Assembly: GCF_006345805.1 (NCBI RefSeq)
Contig: NC_043001.1
Span: 121,024,001 to 121,088,000 of the forward strand
Reading direction: 5' to 3'
Length of the DNA: 64,000 nt
Origin: Octopus sinensis
Lineage: Eukaryota
Shown here: positions 1 to 12,655 of the stretch, piece after piece
How positions within the stretch are numbered: the stretch's first letter is position 1
Layout of the letters: each line of letters opens with the position of its first letter
Made by a program: the position numbers and the translations under genes
The notes under the pieces: model-generated
Seen by the model: the letters and a program-made list of their open reading frames with translations, nothing else
What the model was told of the DNA's origin: nothing
Database searches by the model: none

Positions 1-299
1 TATATTTCATAGTATAAGACAAAAAACAGTACTGAATCCCATACAGCTGTGGGGATTCGAACATCATGTCTACTCTAAACTGTACAGCTGTACTAATCAC
101 TGTATGTTTTTATACGTATTTACTACATTGTCCCAAATGACACTTTTAATGTGAGATGGTATGGCGTGGTTTGAGGGAAATTTGACTACTTATATTAGAT
201 TAAGTTAAGGTGGTTTTTGTTCATTTGGATATGAATTATATAAGGTGGCTTTCAAGCAAATTCTGCTTTGTCCCCTTCATCAATTTTGTATTTATTGTC

Positions 300-1100
300 T
301 TCCGTTTTTGGCCAATGTTGTGAATGTGGATTGTAACCGAAGTATCAATTTCTGTGTTTGAAAGTAAATGCTGAAATCCATCAATTTCACCCAATTCTAC
401 TAAGCACAGTCTATTTATGTGACAAACTGACCAAACTATATTACCAGATGTAATATTTTGTAGAATTATTGGCAGCAAGCTATGACCTGTTCCACATGTT
501 ACTGACAAATACCCTGCAAGATAGGCTGCAATGGACCAACAATCTGCTGTACATAGTTATGATGATAGTCAACAATGGTGTCACATTTGCATTCAGTTTA
601 ACTGATCAACTGGTAAACCTTCTATGAATGTTTAGTCTCCAAGAACTTTTCATTGATTGTGTTTCTTCTCTCCATGCATAAGCTCATGATCAATCTGAAA
701 TATAAAAGACTATGCATTTGGAGACCAACAGGTATTCATTGATCTAATCATATCAAATTATTCTTGATAATGTGAACCCAGTTTGTCATGCATTCAATGA
801 AAATACCAATATTCACCACTGCTTCTCTATTTAAGTATTTATTGAACCAGTGCCACATAATTTGCTGTAATTATATTCACAGAGGGTTTTGAGCTGGCTT
901 GCTTTGTGCAAGCCTTCAGGAAAGTGATAGACTCATTTTTTGTGAGTTCCCTAGCACAATACCAATACCTTGTCAAAAGTTTGTTAAAGTGCGTCTATTA
1001 ATGAACTTTGTTCAGATGAGCATCATACTGTCAATCGTGACATTTTGTTACTCCTGTGACTGGATCACAGACACAAAAAACATTGAGCAAAATTCCAGTC
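300..1100 (-). mobile_element. Degraded piggyBac-like transposase relic
   Basis: Minus-strand translation near 1080-900 reads CHD*QYDAHLNKVH**THFNKLLTRYWYCARELTKNESITFLKACTKQASSKP, resembling the piggyBac segment before and around the first catalytic Asp (..KVRPL.DHFN...Y.P..ELTIDESMIPFKGR..KQY.PSKP). Many stops, no TIR seen, extent approximate. Confidence 0.4.
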
Positions 1101-1147
1101 CCTCTGTGAATTAGTTGCTGGGAAAGCTCTTTTAAATTTTTCTTATA

Positions 1148-1545
1148 GGTGCAGGAGTGGCTGTGGTAAGTAGCTTAGCAACTACATGGTTCCAGGTTCA
1201 TTCCCACTGCATGGCACCTTGGGCAAATGTCTTTTACTATAGCCTTGGGCCAACCAAAGCTTTGTGAGTGGATTTGATAGATGGAAACTGAAAGAAGCCC
1301 ATTATATATATGTATATATATATATGTGTGTGTGTATATGTCTGTGTATCCGTGTTTGTCCCCCCAACATCACTTGACAACCAATGGTAGTGTGTTTACG
1401 TCCATGTAACTTAGCGGTTTAGCAAAAGATCGATAGAATAAGTTCTAGGCTTCCAAAAGAATAAGTCCTGGGGTTGATTTACTTGACTAATGGCGGTGCT
1501 CCAGCATGGCTGCAGTCAAATGACTGAAACAAGTAAAAGAGTAGG
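1148..1545 (+). mobile_element. tRNA-derived SINE, family A (internal TA/TG microsatellite)
   Basis: tRNA-like head (gtgcaggagtggctgtggtaagtagc...ggttcattcccactgc), body ..ggaaactgaaagaagccc, (TA/TG)n linker, 3' part ending gactgaaacaagtaaaagag. Same family recurs at 16.2-16.9, 17.4, 38.7, 47.2 and 50.1 kb. Confidence 0.9.
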
Positions 1546-2224
1546 TTTAGTTTAAAATTTATTACTTAATAAATATTATTTAATTTTTGAAGAATTCAGA
1601 AATGTTATTTACTATCATGAATGAAATCTGCTGATTTTGTTGTCAGATGCAATAATTGACAAAAATATATTTAAAGTGATGAAAGCATAAAATACATTGA
1701 TGTAAATTCATTGGAAGCAGAAACCAAAAAATTAATGACTTGTCATGAGGAGACTTATCCAATGCCTGAACTTGTTATCAACAATGTATATTGACAATCA
1801 AACATTGTAAAGAATGGAAACTTTGCTGTTTTTATTGATTTACTATTCCCAAATCTACACAGAATGGAACGGGCATGCTGTTTATGACGTGGCACTTTAA
1901 GACTTTCAGACAATAAATGAATGACTCAATGTCCATCAGAGCTTTTCCATAAAATACTGAAAGAATTTGACGCATTTTTGAAATGGTGAAAGGAAAAAGT
2001 CACAGGCAAAAAAAAATCAGAATTTTAACCAAGAAAAAACATCAACATATTTCATATAAATAACATAAATAATAGTTACAAGAATTAACAGAATTATGCT
2101 GCCATTGTAGTTTCTTTTCTTAGAATGAAAATTGTTCCATACTTACTTTGTTTTTCTGTAAATCCTTTCATTATAGTAAAATTAATATTCTTGTTAAAAT
2201 TAAATTATTATTAAATATCGGTTT

Positions 2225-2790
2225 CATATTTTGGCACAAGGCCAGAAATTTTAGGGGATGGGTAAGTTGATTACATCAATCTCGTTGTTCAACTGGTACT
2301 TACTTTATTGACTTTAAAAGGATGAAAAGCAAAGTCGACCTCAGCAGAATTTAAACTCAAAACATAAATACAGGTGAAGTGCTACTAAACACTTTGCTCG
2401 CCACTTTATAATATTGATTTAGAACTTTGGTACAAGGCTAGCCATTCTGGGGAGGGTTAAATCAATTGCAATCGACCGCAAAGGGATGAAAGGCAAAGTC
2501 GCCCTTGGCAGAATTTGGACTAAGCATTTTGGCCAGCATGCTAACAATTCTGCCAGCTTGTCGCTTTATAAATCCTTTCTACTAAAGGCACAAGGCCTGA
2601 AATTTGGTGGGGAGGGGGCCAGGCGATTACATTGACCCCAAAGTTCAACTGGTACTTAATTTATCAACCCCAAAAGGATGAAAGGTAAAGTCAACTTTGG
2701 TGGAATTGAACTCGGAACGTAGTGATGGGCAAAATACTGTTAAGCATTTCATCCTGCACGCTAATGATTCTACCAGCTCACCACCTTCGC
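2225..2790 (-). mobile_element. Three adjacent diverged copies of SINE family B
   Basis: Repeated core aaaggatgaaaggcaaagtcgacctc.gcagaattt.aactc at about 2320, 2485 and 2675, each preceded by the actggtactt/atcgacccc segment. Confidence 0.85.
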
Positions 2791-3751
2791 CACCTTATAA
2801 AATATAAATCTTTTTTTTTCTTTCTTTTTTTTATTTCAAGAAATCTTTTGTAGTCATCATACAAACATAAAACTGCACCAGTTGAGAATAGAATAGTGAC
2901 AGAACTTATTTCACATACAAAACCTTCATCATCTTCCAAGTAAAGGGGACAGGAATTGCGTAGTCTTCCAATTAATATTAAATAAACTTTTAAGGATACA
3001 CGCAATTTTTCAAACTATGTACATTTATGACTGAAAAAGGGAAACTGCAACAATTGAAAGTGGAAGGAACACTCAATGATATTTTGTATGTGCGTAATAT
3101 GTATAGTTGCGGCTGTGTGTGTATGTGAGAGAGAGAGAGAGAGAGAGAGGATTTTTACCGATTATTAGTTTACGTTTAACTTTCAATCATTGCAGTTTTT
3201 CTTTGTTCACCATATTATATGTTCTAAGTTTGAAAAATCTTTACGATTTTTTGGGTGTTATTTCAGCATGTGATCTAACCACAGTATCCATAGTCTACAC
3301 TGTGAAATGATCCAATCTAGGTTAGGAATAAGTTTAGGGTAAGGGTTAGAGATAGGGTTTAGGGCTTAGAGTTAGTCAGACTGCAAGCTAAAGTGTAAAT
3401 GACCAGGTAAACTGCATGCTAAAATGGCACCAATTTTTTTCATTGGTGCTCTGTTTTCTAGAGCTGTCTATATCTCTCTTAAGATCAGATTTTTTTTCTC
3501 AAAAAGGAATGACCATTTATAGAAATAAGTAGAGATCAGAGTAGAATCCTTTTCTGAAGTTGAAGGAAAGGAAATCTGATGCAAATCTTACAGAATTTCT
3601 TTTCAGTTGGAAAAAAATGAATAATTCTAGTACAAAAAGAAAAGAAACAACATTGGTATTTTAATAAATTAAATTAAGAAAATAGTTTGTATTCCATTAA
3701 ATTCTGACATTTGTATGACATCAAATTCTAACATTCAAAATGAAATATTTC

Positions 3752-4100
3752 AGGACTGGATTTAAACTATGGGGTGCCTGAGGCACTTCAAATTTGGTGG
3801 GCCCCCTCATACACAAAAATTTAAATCTTGGAAAATTAGCCAATTATAATCTCAAAACCCATGTATTGCATATAATAAATTTGACGTGTTAGCGGAGAGG
3901 CTTAAATAAACAACTGAAAATGTTGCTTTATAGATACACTTTTTAAAATTCAAATTTTTTTCTCACACATCCACTTGCAGTGTTTGAGTTGCTCTTCATT
4001 GTGAAAAGCGCAATGAAGGAAGATGTTTTCCTCTAATATGACTTACTAATGTTTTAGAATGTAGAATATGATAAAATGACAGAAAATTATGAAGAAAAGT
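3752..4100 (+). mobile_element. hAT-like DNA transposon fragments
   Basis: caggactggatttaaactatggggtgcc resembles a hAT 5' terminus. 3975-4100 weakly resembles a hAT C-terminal dimerisation region. Confidence 0.35.
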
Positions 4101-4119
4101 ATATCATTTCAGTGGTTGC

Positions 4120-5600
4120 GGTTCCACAAGCCCATTGAGAGTGGGGAGGGAGAACAAACACGTAAAAGACATGGATTTTAAAACTTTTTGTTTTAATAAA
4201 GACATCTAAAATGGTGACATGATGCAGCACACATCACAATTCCTTCTAAAATGGTGACCCCCAGACAAATTCTACACAACCACTCATCGCATATGAACAT
4301 ACCACTGATGTCTCTCATCGCCATATTGTCTTCTTCACCAGAAAATTTTGGAGCCATTTTCAAGCGGGAAACTGCAAATCATTTTTCCTTGTGTTGTAAC
4401 TGAATTTACAACTTGGTCCTTGGAAGATACAGCGTCCCAGGAGAATATTCTTCTTGCATATAAAAAGAAAAAAAAATTATCAGGAATTTTCTCCAGAATT
4501 CACATGGACAAGAAATTTTTCCAGGTATGAATTTCTTTCTCTCAACCACCCAGATTATACACATGTTGGCCATGTTTTGTTCTTTATCCAAGGACGTCAC
4601 CTATTTTCATCCTCTTCTACTGAAAAAAAAAAAAAATTCCTAGATCGCTACTCATCGTGTCTTCTTTCAACTAGGGTGTTTGACTGCTATTTGTAACAGC
4701 GTTTCTTTCAACCAGCTTGTTCTTCGTGGCATTCTGTTCCCTATTATCGTCTGATGAGTCTTTTTCCTTTGCCTCAATGCGCTTCTTTGTCCTCCTCTTG
4801 AGCTTATATTTCTTCTGCTCCAGACAGCATGCAATCCTCCGAAATCTTTCAGGCCATTGCAGAACTGACCTGTCAAGTCGCACGCTTGTGCAGGGAACAT
4901 TCGTTTTCATCGATTTATTCTGAAGAGAGAACCGGACATCGTTCTTTCTCGCATGGATGTGCACCTTTTGCTGGTACTCCAGACCAGCACCTCCAACGCT
5001 TAACCCAACAGTTCAAGCGCCTATGATGTGAAGATCAACCTGACTAAGTGTGTATTCGGTTCTACCAGTTTGGAATTCTTGGGGCATCTCATTGATACCA
5101 ATGGTATTCATCTGCTTCCCTCTAAAGTGGAAACCATCAAATGCTTGTCTCCTCCTGTTTCCTTAAAACAGCTCAGAAATTTTATTGGTTTGATTAATTA
5201 TTATTGTCATATCATTCCTAATTGTGCAGAAGTTGCTTTCCTTGACCCAGCTCTTGAAATATCAATGGAAAAAAAGAGACCCAGATAACACTGTCTCCTA
5301 CAGCCATCCAAGCTTTTGAATTTGTCAATTCTGACCTTGCTCAAACAGCCTTCCTCGTTCATCCTATTGTGGATAGAAAATTGGCACTCACTGTCAACAA
5401 GTGATCATCAGCTATCGCTGCAGTTTTAGAGCAATCCGTCAACAGCTGTAGCCATTAGCCTTCATCTCTCGTCAACTGAAAAATGCCAAATTGAGATACA
5501 GTGTGTTTGGTAAAGAACTCTTAGCAATTTACCTGGTGGTGAAGCATTTCACTTATCTTTTTGAAGGTAGAGATTCCACGATTTTCATCAACCACAAACA
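4120..5600 (+). mobile_element. Ty3/Gypsy LTR retrotransposon relic (PBS, gag trace, RT C-terminus, RNase H)
   Basis: PBS-like TGGTGACCCC at 4252-4261; gag-like SQEN..SPEF..QPP; RT KINLTKCVFGSTSLEFLGHLID..LKQLRNFIGLINYY (5028-5288); RNase H LAFISRQLKNAKLRYSVFGKELLAIYLVVKHF..FEGR (5455-5600). Internal deletions and stops. Confidence 0.85.
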
Positions 5601-6300
5601 GCGCAGTAGTAGTAGCAGCAGCGGTGCGGCAGCCCGCCAACTTGCCGCACTTTTTCCTGCTTCTGCTGCCGACCGCGCAACCACCTTCCGGCGCCAGCCC
5701 GCCCACATGGCGCTCGGACGATGGGGCTTGCACGCTTTGCAAGCTCCATGACCATATCTTTCTTCCTTCCTGCCGCGACGGCCTAAGCCTTCCAATGACC
5801 ACCGTAATGCGCGGCCGTTGTTCCTCGCCTCCTAGTGCGCAGTTTCTTCGCGAAACTTGCCGAGCCACACACAAGTCGCGGCTGGGCCCCCTCGCCCGAG
5901 TACCACCGAATGCTCTTGTTTTGGCCCTCTAACAGCACAGTAGTAGTAGCAGCAGCGGTGCGGCAGCCCGCCAACTTGCCGCCCTTTTTCCTGCTTCTGC
6001 TGCCGACCGCGCAACCACCTGCCGGCGCCGGCCCGCCCACATGGCACTCGGACGATGGTGCTTGCACGCTTTGCAAGCTCCATGACCATTCTCTCTTCCT
6101 TCCTACCTCGCCGTTGGCTTCGGCAGTGGCGTGCTTTGTTCCGCTGTCGACGCCTTCTAATTTTCTTTTTCCGTCGCGCGGCGGCCTCCTTCTCGCAAGG
6201 AGGAGGCCGCTGCTGCTTTCCTTCAGTACATGTAGTGTGTAGTAGCAAATACCGAAACCCTGGACGAGGGATCACTCGGCTCGTCCATCGATGAAGAGCG
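5595..6300. repeat. GC-rich segment with a direct duplication of about 170 bp
   Basis: aacagc.cagtagtagtagcagcagcggtgcggcagcccgccaacttgccgc...gcaagctccatgaccat occurs at about 5597-5755 and 5931-6090. Confidence 0.85.
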
Positions 6301-6419
6301 CGGCTATCCGCATGAACTGATGCGAATTGCAAGACTCAGTGAACATCGACACCTTGAACGCACATTGCGGCCCCGGGATCCTATCGTCCTATTTGTCCAA
6401 ATGTTATCCAACCTAAAGG

Positions 6420-7335
6420 CGAGTAGGGCGATTCACCTTAACAATTTTTGCAAGTCACCCACCTTTTGCCAGTCACTTGGAGCTTAGCTGTTTTCCGATT
6501 GAAATTTGAAAAAGTGGATGAGGGTTTGACCGAAGAGTAAGGTGTCTTCCCTCAATTCTTTCAGCCTCATACACTACACAACTTCTTTTGCCATAGCCAA
6601 TCGACAGAGGAACATGCCTACCCTTCCTTGTTAAAGGCGAGTGCTGGAGCGATCCTCACCATGAACTCAGTCAGCAGTCGGATTTGTTCGACACACAACT
6701 ACAGCCGTTCGACATAACTCACAGATCAGCAATACTCAAACACTTTACAACAGAGTGTAGTACGGTTGCGTGACTCAGCGCACATCTCAGGTAGTCCCGC
6801 CTGGCGACGCTTCCGTCACTAGAATTTATCTTGAACTGGCAGTGCGCCAAAGTAGCATTGCCACACCAGGGATCTCTGGAAGTTATCTATGGTAGATCCT
6901 ATCCTGAAATTCTTCCAGCTAATTTGTCCTCGTCGACGAATAGAGTTTCCGCGAGAATGTCATTGCTCTTACGCTCCATTAGATTTCTATATATTGCTAT
7001 CGTGGAATATATAGAAACCGCATTGCCAAGCTCGTAGAGGGCGGTAAACACCTGACTACATTCCAGATGCCAGGCATCTTAACCTTGGCCTTTTCTTGAC
7101 CTAAGACTGCACCTCCGCCAAGAAGACAAAGTACAGAAAGGCGTGCCTTACAAACGGAGAACACACAGACTCAGCGTCTACGTGGCCTCAGTGCGTATCT
7201 GCGAATTAGTAATCATCGTATGCCAAGCCCACCTTCCAGATGACGCTGCTAACAGATTGAACCGCTCGACGAGTGGAATGTGTTCTTTCCACAGAAATCG
7301 GAAAAGTAAACGCTCCACTCTGGCTAAATTCAATG
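6420..7335 (-). mobile_element. Old diverged Tx1/L1-clade ORF2 3' region
   Basis: Minus strand reads LAMAKEVV*CMRLKELREDTLLFGQTLIHFFKF, versus VAMAKECIWWTRLKGLETNTFLSGQSLINFFKY in the young copies. The DNA segment ccagggatctctggaagtt is shared with 29755-29775. Confidence 0.75.
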
Positions 7336-7589
7336 AGTAGACTTGTTAAGAAAGTGGGACGATATCGGCAGGAACCAGAAACTTGGCAAAAAGAAGAAGA
7401 AATATTTATTGCTTCCTTAACTCATCCAGCTAATATGCAGCAGTTTAGTCAGCGAAAAAATGTAAAACTAAATTGAACAGAAAGTAAGAACAGTGAAGAA
7501 CATAAATATGATCTCATTATGGCATTCCTACTGACATTATATCCAAATAACATGAAAGCAGCGAGCCGCCAGAATCGTTACTGATCCAG

Positions 7590-7700
7590 ATAAATGCTTA
7601 GCGGCATTTCTTCGGGTTTTACACTCTGAGTTCATTTGCCGCCAAGGTTGATAAATTCAGTTACCAGGAAAGCACTGGCGTCCATGTAATCGTTCAGACT
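7590..7700 (+). mobile_element. SINE family B fragment
   Basis: aaatgcttagcggcatttcttc...ctgagttca..gccgccaaggttgataaa..accag..gcactggcgtccatgtaatcg. Confidence 0.7.
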
Positions 7701-7849
7701 CCTCTAACAAAATTCCAGGCCTTCTACTTAATTCAATAACATGAAAACAAAGAACGTACATCAATGCAGGTGTGCAGTTCGATGGCTTTTTCCAAGAAGA
7801 AAAAATAGTTTGCATACTACGACTGAATCCATGTTGAATAACGCCACCG

Positions 7850-8150
7850 TTTCCCCATTAATTCTTTGTGCACAATCTTAACAGTTGTGCAAAATTATTT
7901 CAATCATATGTAAGATATTTGACAACTCTGCTGTTGGTAACGAAAGAATACTCACATGCAACCAATCGTTTTGGCGATCGTGCGTCGAGATGGAAGCCAT
8001 GAAATTGCCTTTTCGGTGGTGTTCTATGTTAGAGAAATGCACTTTAGCTGCTATTTCAGAAATGTTTAAAACATCCCTAGAAGATATAGCTAGGTACCTG
8101 TGACCACATCATGATGAGAGAATTCTTCTAATGAAATGTTATTTCACCAT
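7850..8150 (-). mobile_element. Possible hAT/Buster transposase C-terminal relic
   Basis: Minus strand SEIAAKV...GNFMASISTHDRQNDWLHVS weakly resembles the Buster C-terminus (..IA.KA...GFSAM.SIKTK.RNRL.V). Confidence 0.3.
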
Positions 8151-8890
8151 CATTAACTCTTCCACCTTTTCAAGGGCCTAAACTGCATATTAACCTCACA
8201 TCAATTTGCTACATAGCAAGATTGCTTAGTGAGTTGCCGCCCGCCAAATGATATGCTTTTACAAGGAAAATCAGGAGGATACAATACTCGGAAGGGACAC
8301 TATTGTAAAGTCATCAAAAACCGTAATTTCTCCGGATTCCTTTGTTTTAAATACAGTAGATATATGATTCGGAGGTGGATGGGGGGGTTACCCCACCATC
8401 ACACTCACACACTTTTTATAATTCTGATTTCGTTACGAAATATTTTTTAAGACTTTGTTTTAAAAAATTACGCATAAGTTTTGAATAATCGGACGTTTAA
8501 TACAAATCTGAAAAAATTTTCAAAAGTCAGAACTAAAAAATTACAGGATACAAAATCCCTCTTTGTTTTTCAGAATCGAAATCTACAAATGTCAAAACAT
8601 ACACATTCGAAGAAGCTTCGTGCTTGGCGAACTAAGTTTTTTATAATGCCATTCTTTAGAAGCACTTAATCTCCGCATTTTTTAATCCGGAATTACACAT
8701 AAAAAATTTTAATAAAGTCCAATATAATGGGAAGGGGAGATTAAAACTTTGAAGGTACACCACCACCACCACCACCACAACACTTCAAAAATCGTAGTTT
8801 CTGTTGGTGAAGAAGAGAATCCGAAGTTTTTATTCATTTACTTATTTTTAATGACGGTGTTTATTCGACATTTGGCAAGACTTCCTAGAT

Positions 8891-9156
8891 TAGTGCTACT
8901 CAAAGTGGTGGTCCGCGAGCCATCAGCTGCCGATACTAGGCGAGTTTCCAGAAAAGAGAGAAACATAAAATGCTTATGTAATATTGTATTATTTGTTTAC
9001 AAAATAAATATAAGATAAGAAAAAATTGTCAACTTTCATTATACTCATTTATATAGTTTCTGGTATAAATTAATATTACTAAGAAATCTTACCGGTCCCT
9101 GGCACACTGGGAAAAAAACTGCCGGTACGCCACATCAGATAGCTTGAGAAGCACTG
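8891..9156. mobile_element. hAT (Charlie/Buster-type) MITE
   Basis: Ends tagtgctactcaaag ... cttgagaagcactg form inverted termini. The 8-bp flanks tcctagat / ccgtagag match at 5 of 8 positions with a central TA, the NNNTANNN pattern of Buster targets. Confidence 0.75.
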
Positions 9157-9589
9157 CCGTAGAGGATCCCAATTGCCAAACATGCATAACACAGCTTTTT
9201 GACAATTCATGTCAACCACGATTGCTTATTGCACTTAGTGTTTAAGCATCTTTAGTTGTTATTGGGGGGGGGGGAGTAGCCTAAATGATACAAAAGTAAA
9301 TATCTCTAGAAAAAATAAACGAAGGTAGAACAAACATTTGCACAACCATGTAAATAGACTGATCGGTTTGTTTTGATATTGTTTAAATCTGTTCAATCGC
9401 CGATTTGAGACTATGTTAGGTGGAGAAGAGAATATCGATGACTATTTTAACATCAAAACCTTTTCATTTTGTAAGAGATAGGGTTGAAGAAGATTTTCAA
9501 CGGGAACAAAACAAAAAGAATCGAAGTTTCAAGAAAATTGCTCAAATAGAAAATTCGGTTAATGTTCACATTATTGCCCGGAAACGAAA

Positions 9590-10628
9590 TGGGAGAAAAA
9601 AATTGTGCAACGGGTGTAAAAAAAACAAAAAAAACAGGTGCAGGAAACGAATAGGAAAACAAAGATGATCGGAAAGCAACGGGGGTGGGGAGAGGCCTTC
9701 GGAAAATTCACAAGATCCGATGTTTTTCCCTCGTAACTTTTAGGAAAATTGGGATTTTTAATGAAATTTTATATAAACACCTTTCAAACGGTAAAGATTA
9801 CGATTATAAAGAAATTTGTGGGGAAAATCTTTTCCGAGAGGGTAAGAAGAGGACTTCGGAAAATTCACAAGATCCGATGTTTTTCCCTCGTAACTTTTAG
9901 GAAAATTGGGATTTTTAATGAAATTTTATATAAACACCTTTCAAACGGTAAAGATTACGATTATAAAGAAATTTGTGGGGAAAATCTTTTCCGAGAGGGT
10001 AAGAAGAGGACTTCGGAAAATTCACAAGATCCGAGTTTTTTCCTCGTAACTTTAAGGAAAATATAATCCTTTTGAAATCACAAAATAGCCTTTATATATA
10101 TATAGTAGAAGGATCCGAACCCTTCAAAGGGATGTTTAGCATCCAAGTTCCTGAGGAAAGCTTAATTTGTGATTTCAAAAGGATTATATTTTCCTCAAAG
10201 TAACGAGGGAAAAACTCTGATCTTGTGAAACTTTGTCAATTTTCCGAAGTTGCCCCCCCCCCCCCGTTGCTTTCCGCGCATTTTTGTTTTCAGATTCGTT
10301 TCCTACGTGGGTGTGGAGTAGAAAGATATCTATTCTCCTCAAAGTTTCAAGGGAAAAACATGGGATCTTGTGAATTTTTCGAAATCCCCCCCCCCCCCGG
10401 CAAAGATTTTCCCCACAAATTTCTTTATAATCGTAATCTTTACCGTTTGAAAGGTATTTATATAAAATTCCATTTAAAAAACCCATTTTCCTAAAAGTTA
10501 TGAGGGAAAAACTTCGGATCTTGTGAATTTTCCGAAAGGCCTCTCCCCACCCCCGTTGCTTTCCGGGTATCTTCGTTTTCATATACGTTTCCTACACCTT
10601 TTTTACACCCGTTGAAATTTTCTCAATT
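9590..10628. mobile_element. Foldback element with long modular inverted arms
   Basis: Left arm 9590-10084 includes a 157-bp unit starting at 9701, 9858 and 10015. It is inverted relative to the right arm 10165-10628, around a spacer of about 80 bp. Confidence 0.85.
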
Positions 10629-11427
10629 GTTAATTTAATTATGTGCAATCATTATTCAATCAAGCTTTTCAAAATTTACGAATTAAGTTACAAATAATCG
10701 TGTTTATATTCGCGGCAAAATTCTTTTTATTCAATTTTGTGGGTGCGAAAAATAAACGAAATAAAATCACTTCGTAACTTAGGAAAACGAAACGGATAAA
10801 CTTGAGATAGAAGAAAAGAAAAATTTAAGTGTTTGTTACCTTGCGCTTCTATTCCAGAATATTTTACTTAGTTGGAAATAATCCTTGAAGGGATCGAACT
10901 CATCCATGGAGGGAATCGGGGTGGGAGAGAAGTAAAAGGAACTAATTAGAAAGAAACTTAATAAAGGGAAAAAAACTTAGCGTTACTTTTGACTTCTGTT
11001 CCAGAATATTTTACTTTGTTTGTGGAACACATGTGGAATATGGGAGGAGAAATTAGGGGAAGGTCGCTAAATAAGCGTGTGTCGATATATGTATGGGCGG
11101 GTACTGTGTGTGTCTTTCAAAATTTGATTTACAAATGCCACGCCTTCGTACATTGTCATTGTTATGGGTGTCAGTCATTGTTTGAATAATATGAGGTGTA
11201 TCTGTCTATAATGAACGAAATCCTAAGAGGTGTTGCCGTCTACTACAAACTTGTAAGGTCAAGGGACATAAGCATTTCGTACCATGTGTGTGTGTGTGTG
11301 TGTGTGTATACATTCATATTAGTTTGTACGTGCACACACACACTCATACTTTTAGGCTCTTAAAACTTTCACTGATATCAGAGTTTGCTTTCCATTCCCA
11401 TATGTCGATTGTATTATTCATTATATA

Positions 11428-11830
11428 TATTTCTTTACTGCCCACAAGGGGCTAAACATAGAGGGGACAAACAAGGACAAACGGATTAAGTCGATTACAT
11501 CGACCTCAGTGCGAAACTGTTACTTTTTTTATCGACCCCGAAAGGATGAAAGGCAAAGTCGACCTCGGCGGAATTTGAACTCAGAACGTAACGACAGACG
11601 AAATACCTATTTCTTTACTACCCACAAGGGGCTAAACACAGAGAGGGCAAACAAGGACAGACAAACGGATTAAGTCGAGTATATCGATCCCAGTGTGTAA
11701 CTGGTACTTATTTAATCGACCTCGAAAGGATGAAAGGCAAAGTCGACCTCGGCGGAATTTGAACTCAGAACGTAACGACAGACGAAATACCGCTAAGCAT
11801 TTCGCCCGGCGTGCTAACGATTCTGCCAAC
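11428..11830 (-). mobile_element. SINE family B with a 180-bp head-to-tail internal duplication
   Basis: Unit starts ttctttact.cccacaagggg at 11431 and 11611, junction gacgaaatacc|tatttctttact; the tRNA-like head lies at 11760-11830. Confidence 0.9.
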
Positions 11831-12277
11831 TTCCCCCGCATCAATTATTCATATTTTATATAAGCATCAGACAAAATTATTTGTGGTATTTACATCTGTA
11901 CATTCTGTGCTCAATCTCGCCAAAGTCGACTTTGCCGTCTATCCTTTCGAGGTCAGTGAAATCGAGAATCAGTCAAATCGATTTAACAGACTAATCTCTT
12001 GCTTCAAATGTCAGTTCTTTGTGCCTATGTTAGAAACAAATAAGAGACGGTAGATTGACTCAATCATTAGTGACGGGGAAATACTTTGAGGAATTTCTTC
12101 TGGCTCTCTACGTTCTGGGTGCAGATCCCACCAATGTTAACTTTGCTCTTCATCTTTGTAGGATCGATAAAATATAGAACCAGTCAAGTACTGAGATCGA
12201 TATAATTGACATTTATCCTCTTCCAAAATGTCAGGCTTTGCTTATATTTAAAACAATTATTATACATATATAAACAT

Positions 12278-12540
12278 AAAGCGGTGAGCTGGCAGAAACA
12301 TTAGCACGCCGGCCGAAATGCTTAGCAGTATTTCGTCTGCCGCTACGTTCTGGGTTCAAATTCCGCCGAGGTCAACTTTGTCTTTCATCTTTTCGGAGTC
12401 GATTAAATACGTACCAGTTACGCACTGGAGTCGATGTAATCGACTTAATCCGTTTGTCCCCTCTGTGTTTAGCCCCTTGTCGGTAGTAAAGAAATAGGTA
12501 TTCCGTCTGTCGTTACGTTCAAATTTCGCCGATGTCGACT
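12278..12540 (+). mobile_element. SINE family B, near full length, running into a second partial unit
   Basis: aagcggtgagctggcagaaacattagcacgccggccgaaatgcttagc...ttcaaattccgccgaggtcaactttg...gtagtaaagaaata|ggtattccgtctgtcgttacgttc. Confidence 0.9.
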
Positions 12541-12611
12541 GAAACAAATATAAGGAAAGATATATTTATATACACACACATATAATACATTCACACATAC
12601 ACACACATTAG

Positions 12612-12614
<3 letters not shown>

Positions 12615-12655
<41 letters not shown>

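Noticed and set aside
1620-1990. Possible Helitron helicase mid-region (FIDLLFPNLH..ERA)
   Set aside because: The similarity is too short and degenerate to support without an HMM search.
3320-3375. Telomere-like TTAGGG repeats
   Set aside because: Only a few degenerate units; not a telomere or a convincing interstitial array.
4252-5600. Autonomous partner of the 40-46 kb LTR element
   Set aside because: It shares a tRNA-Trp-type PBS, but it is heavily decayed and I see no matching LTR sequence.
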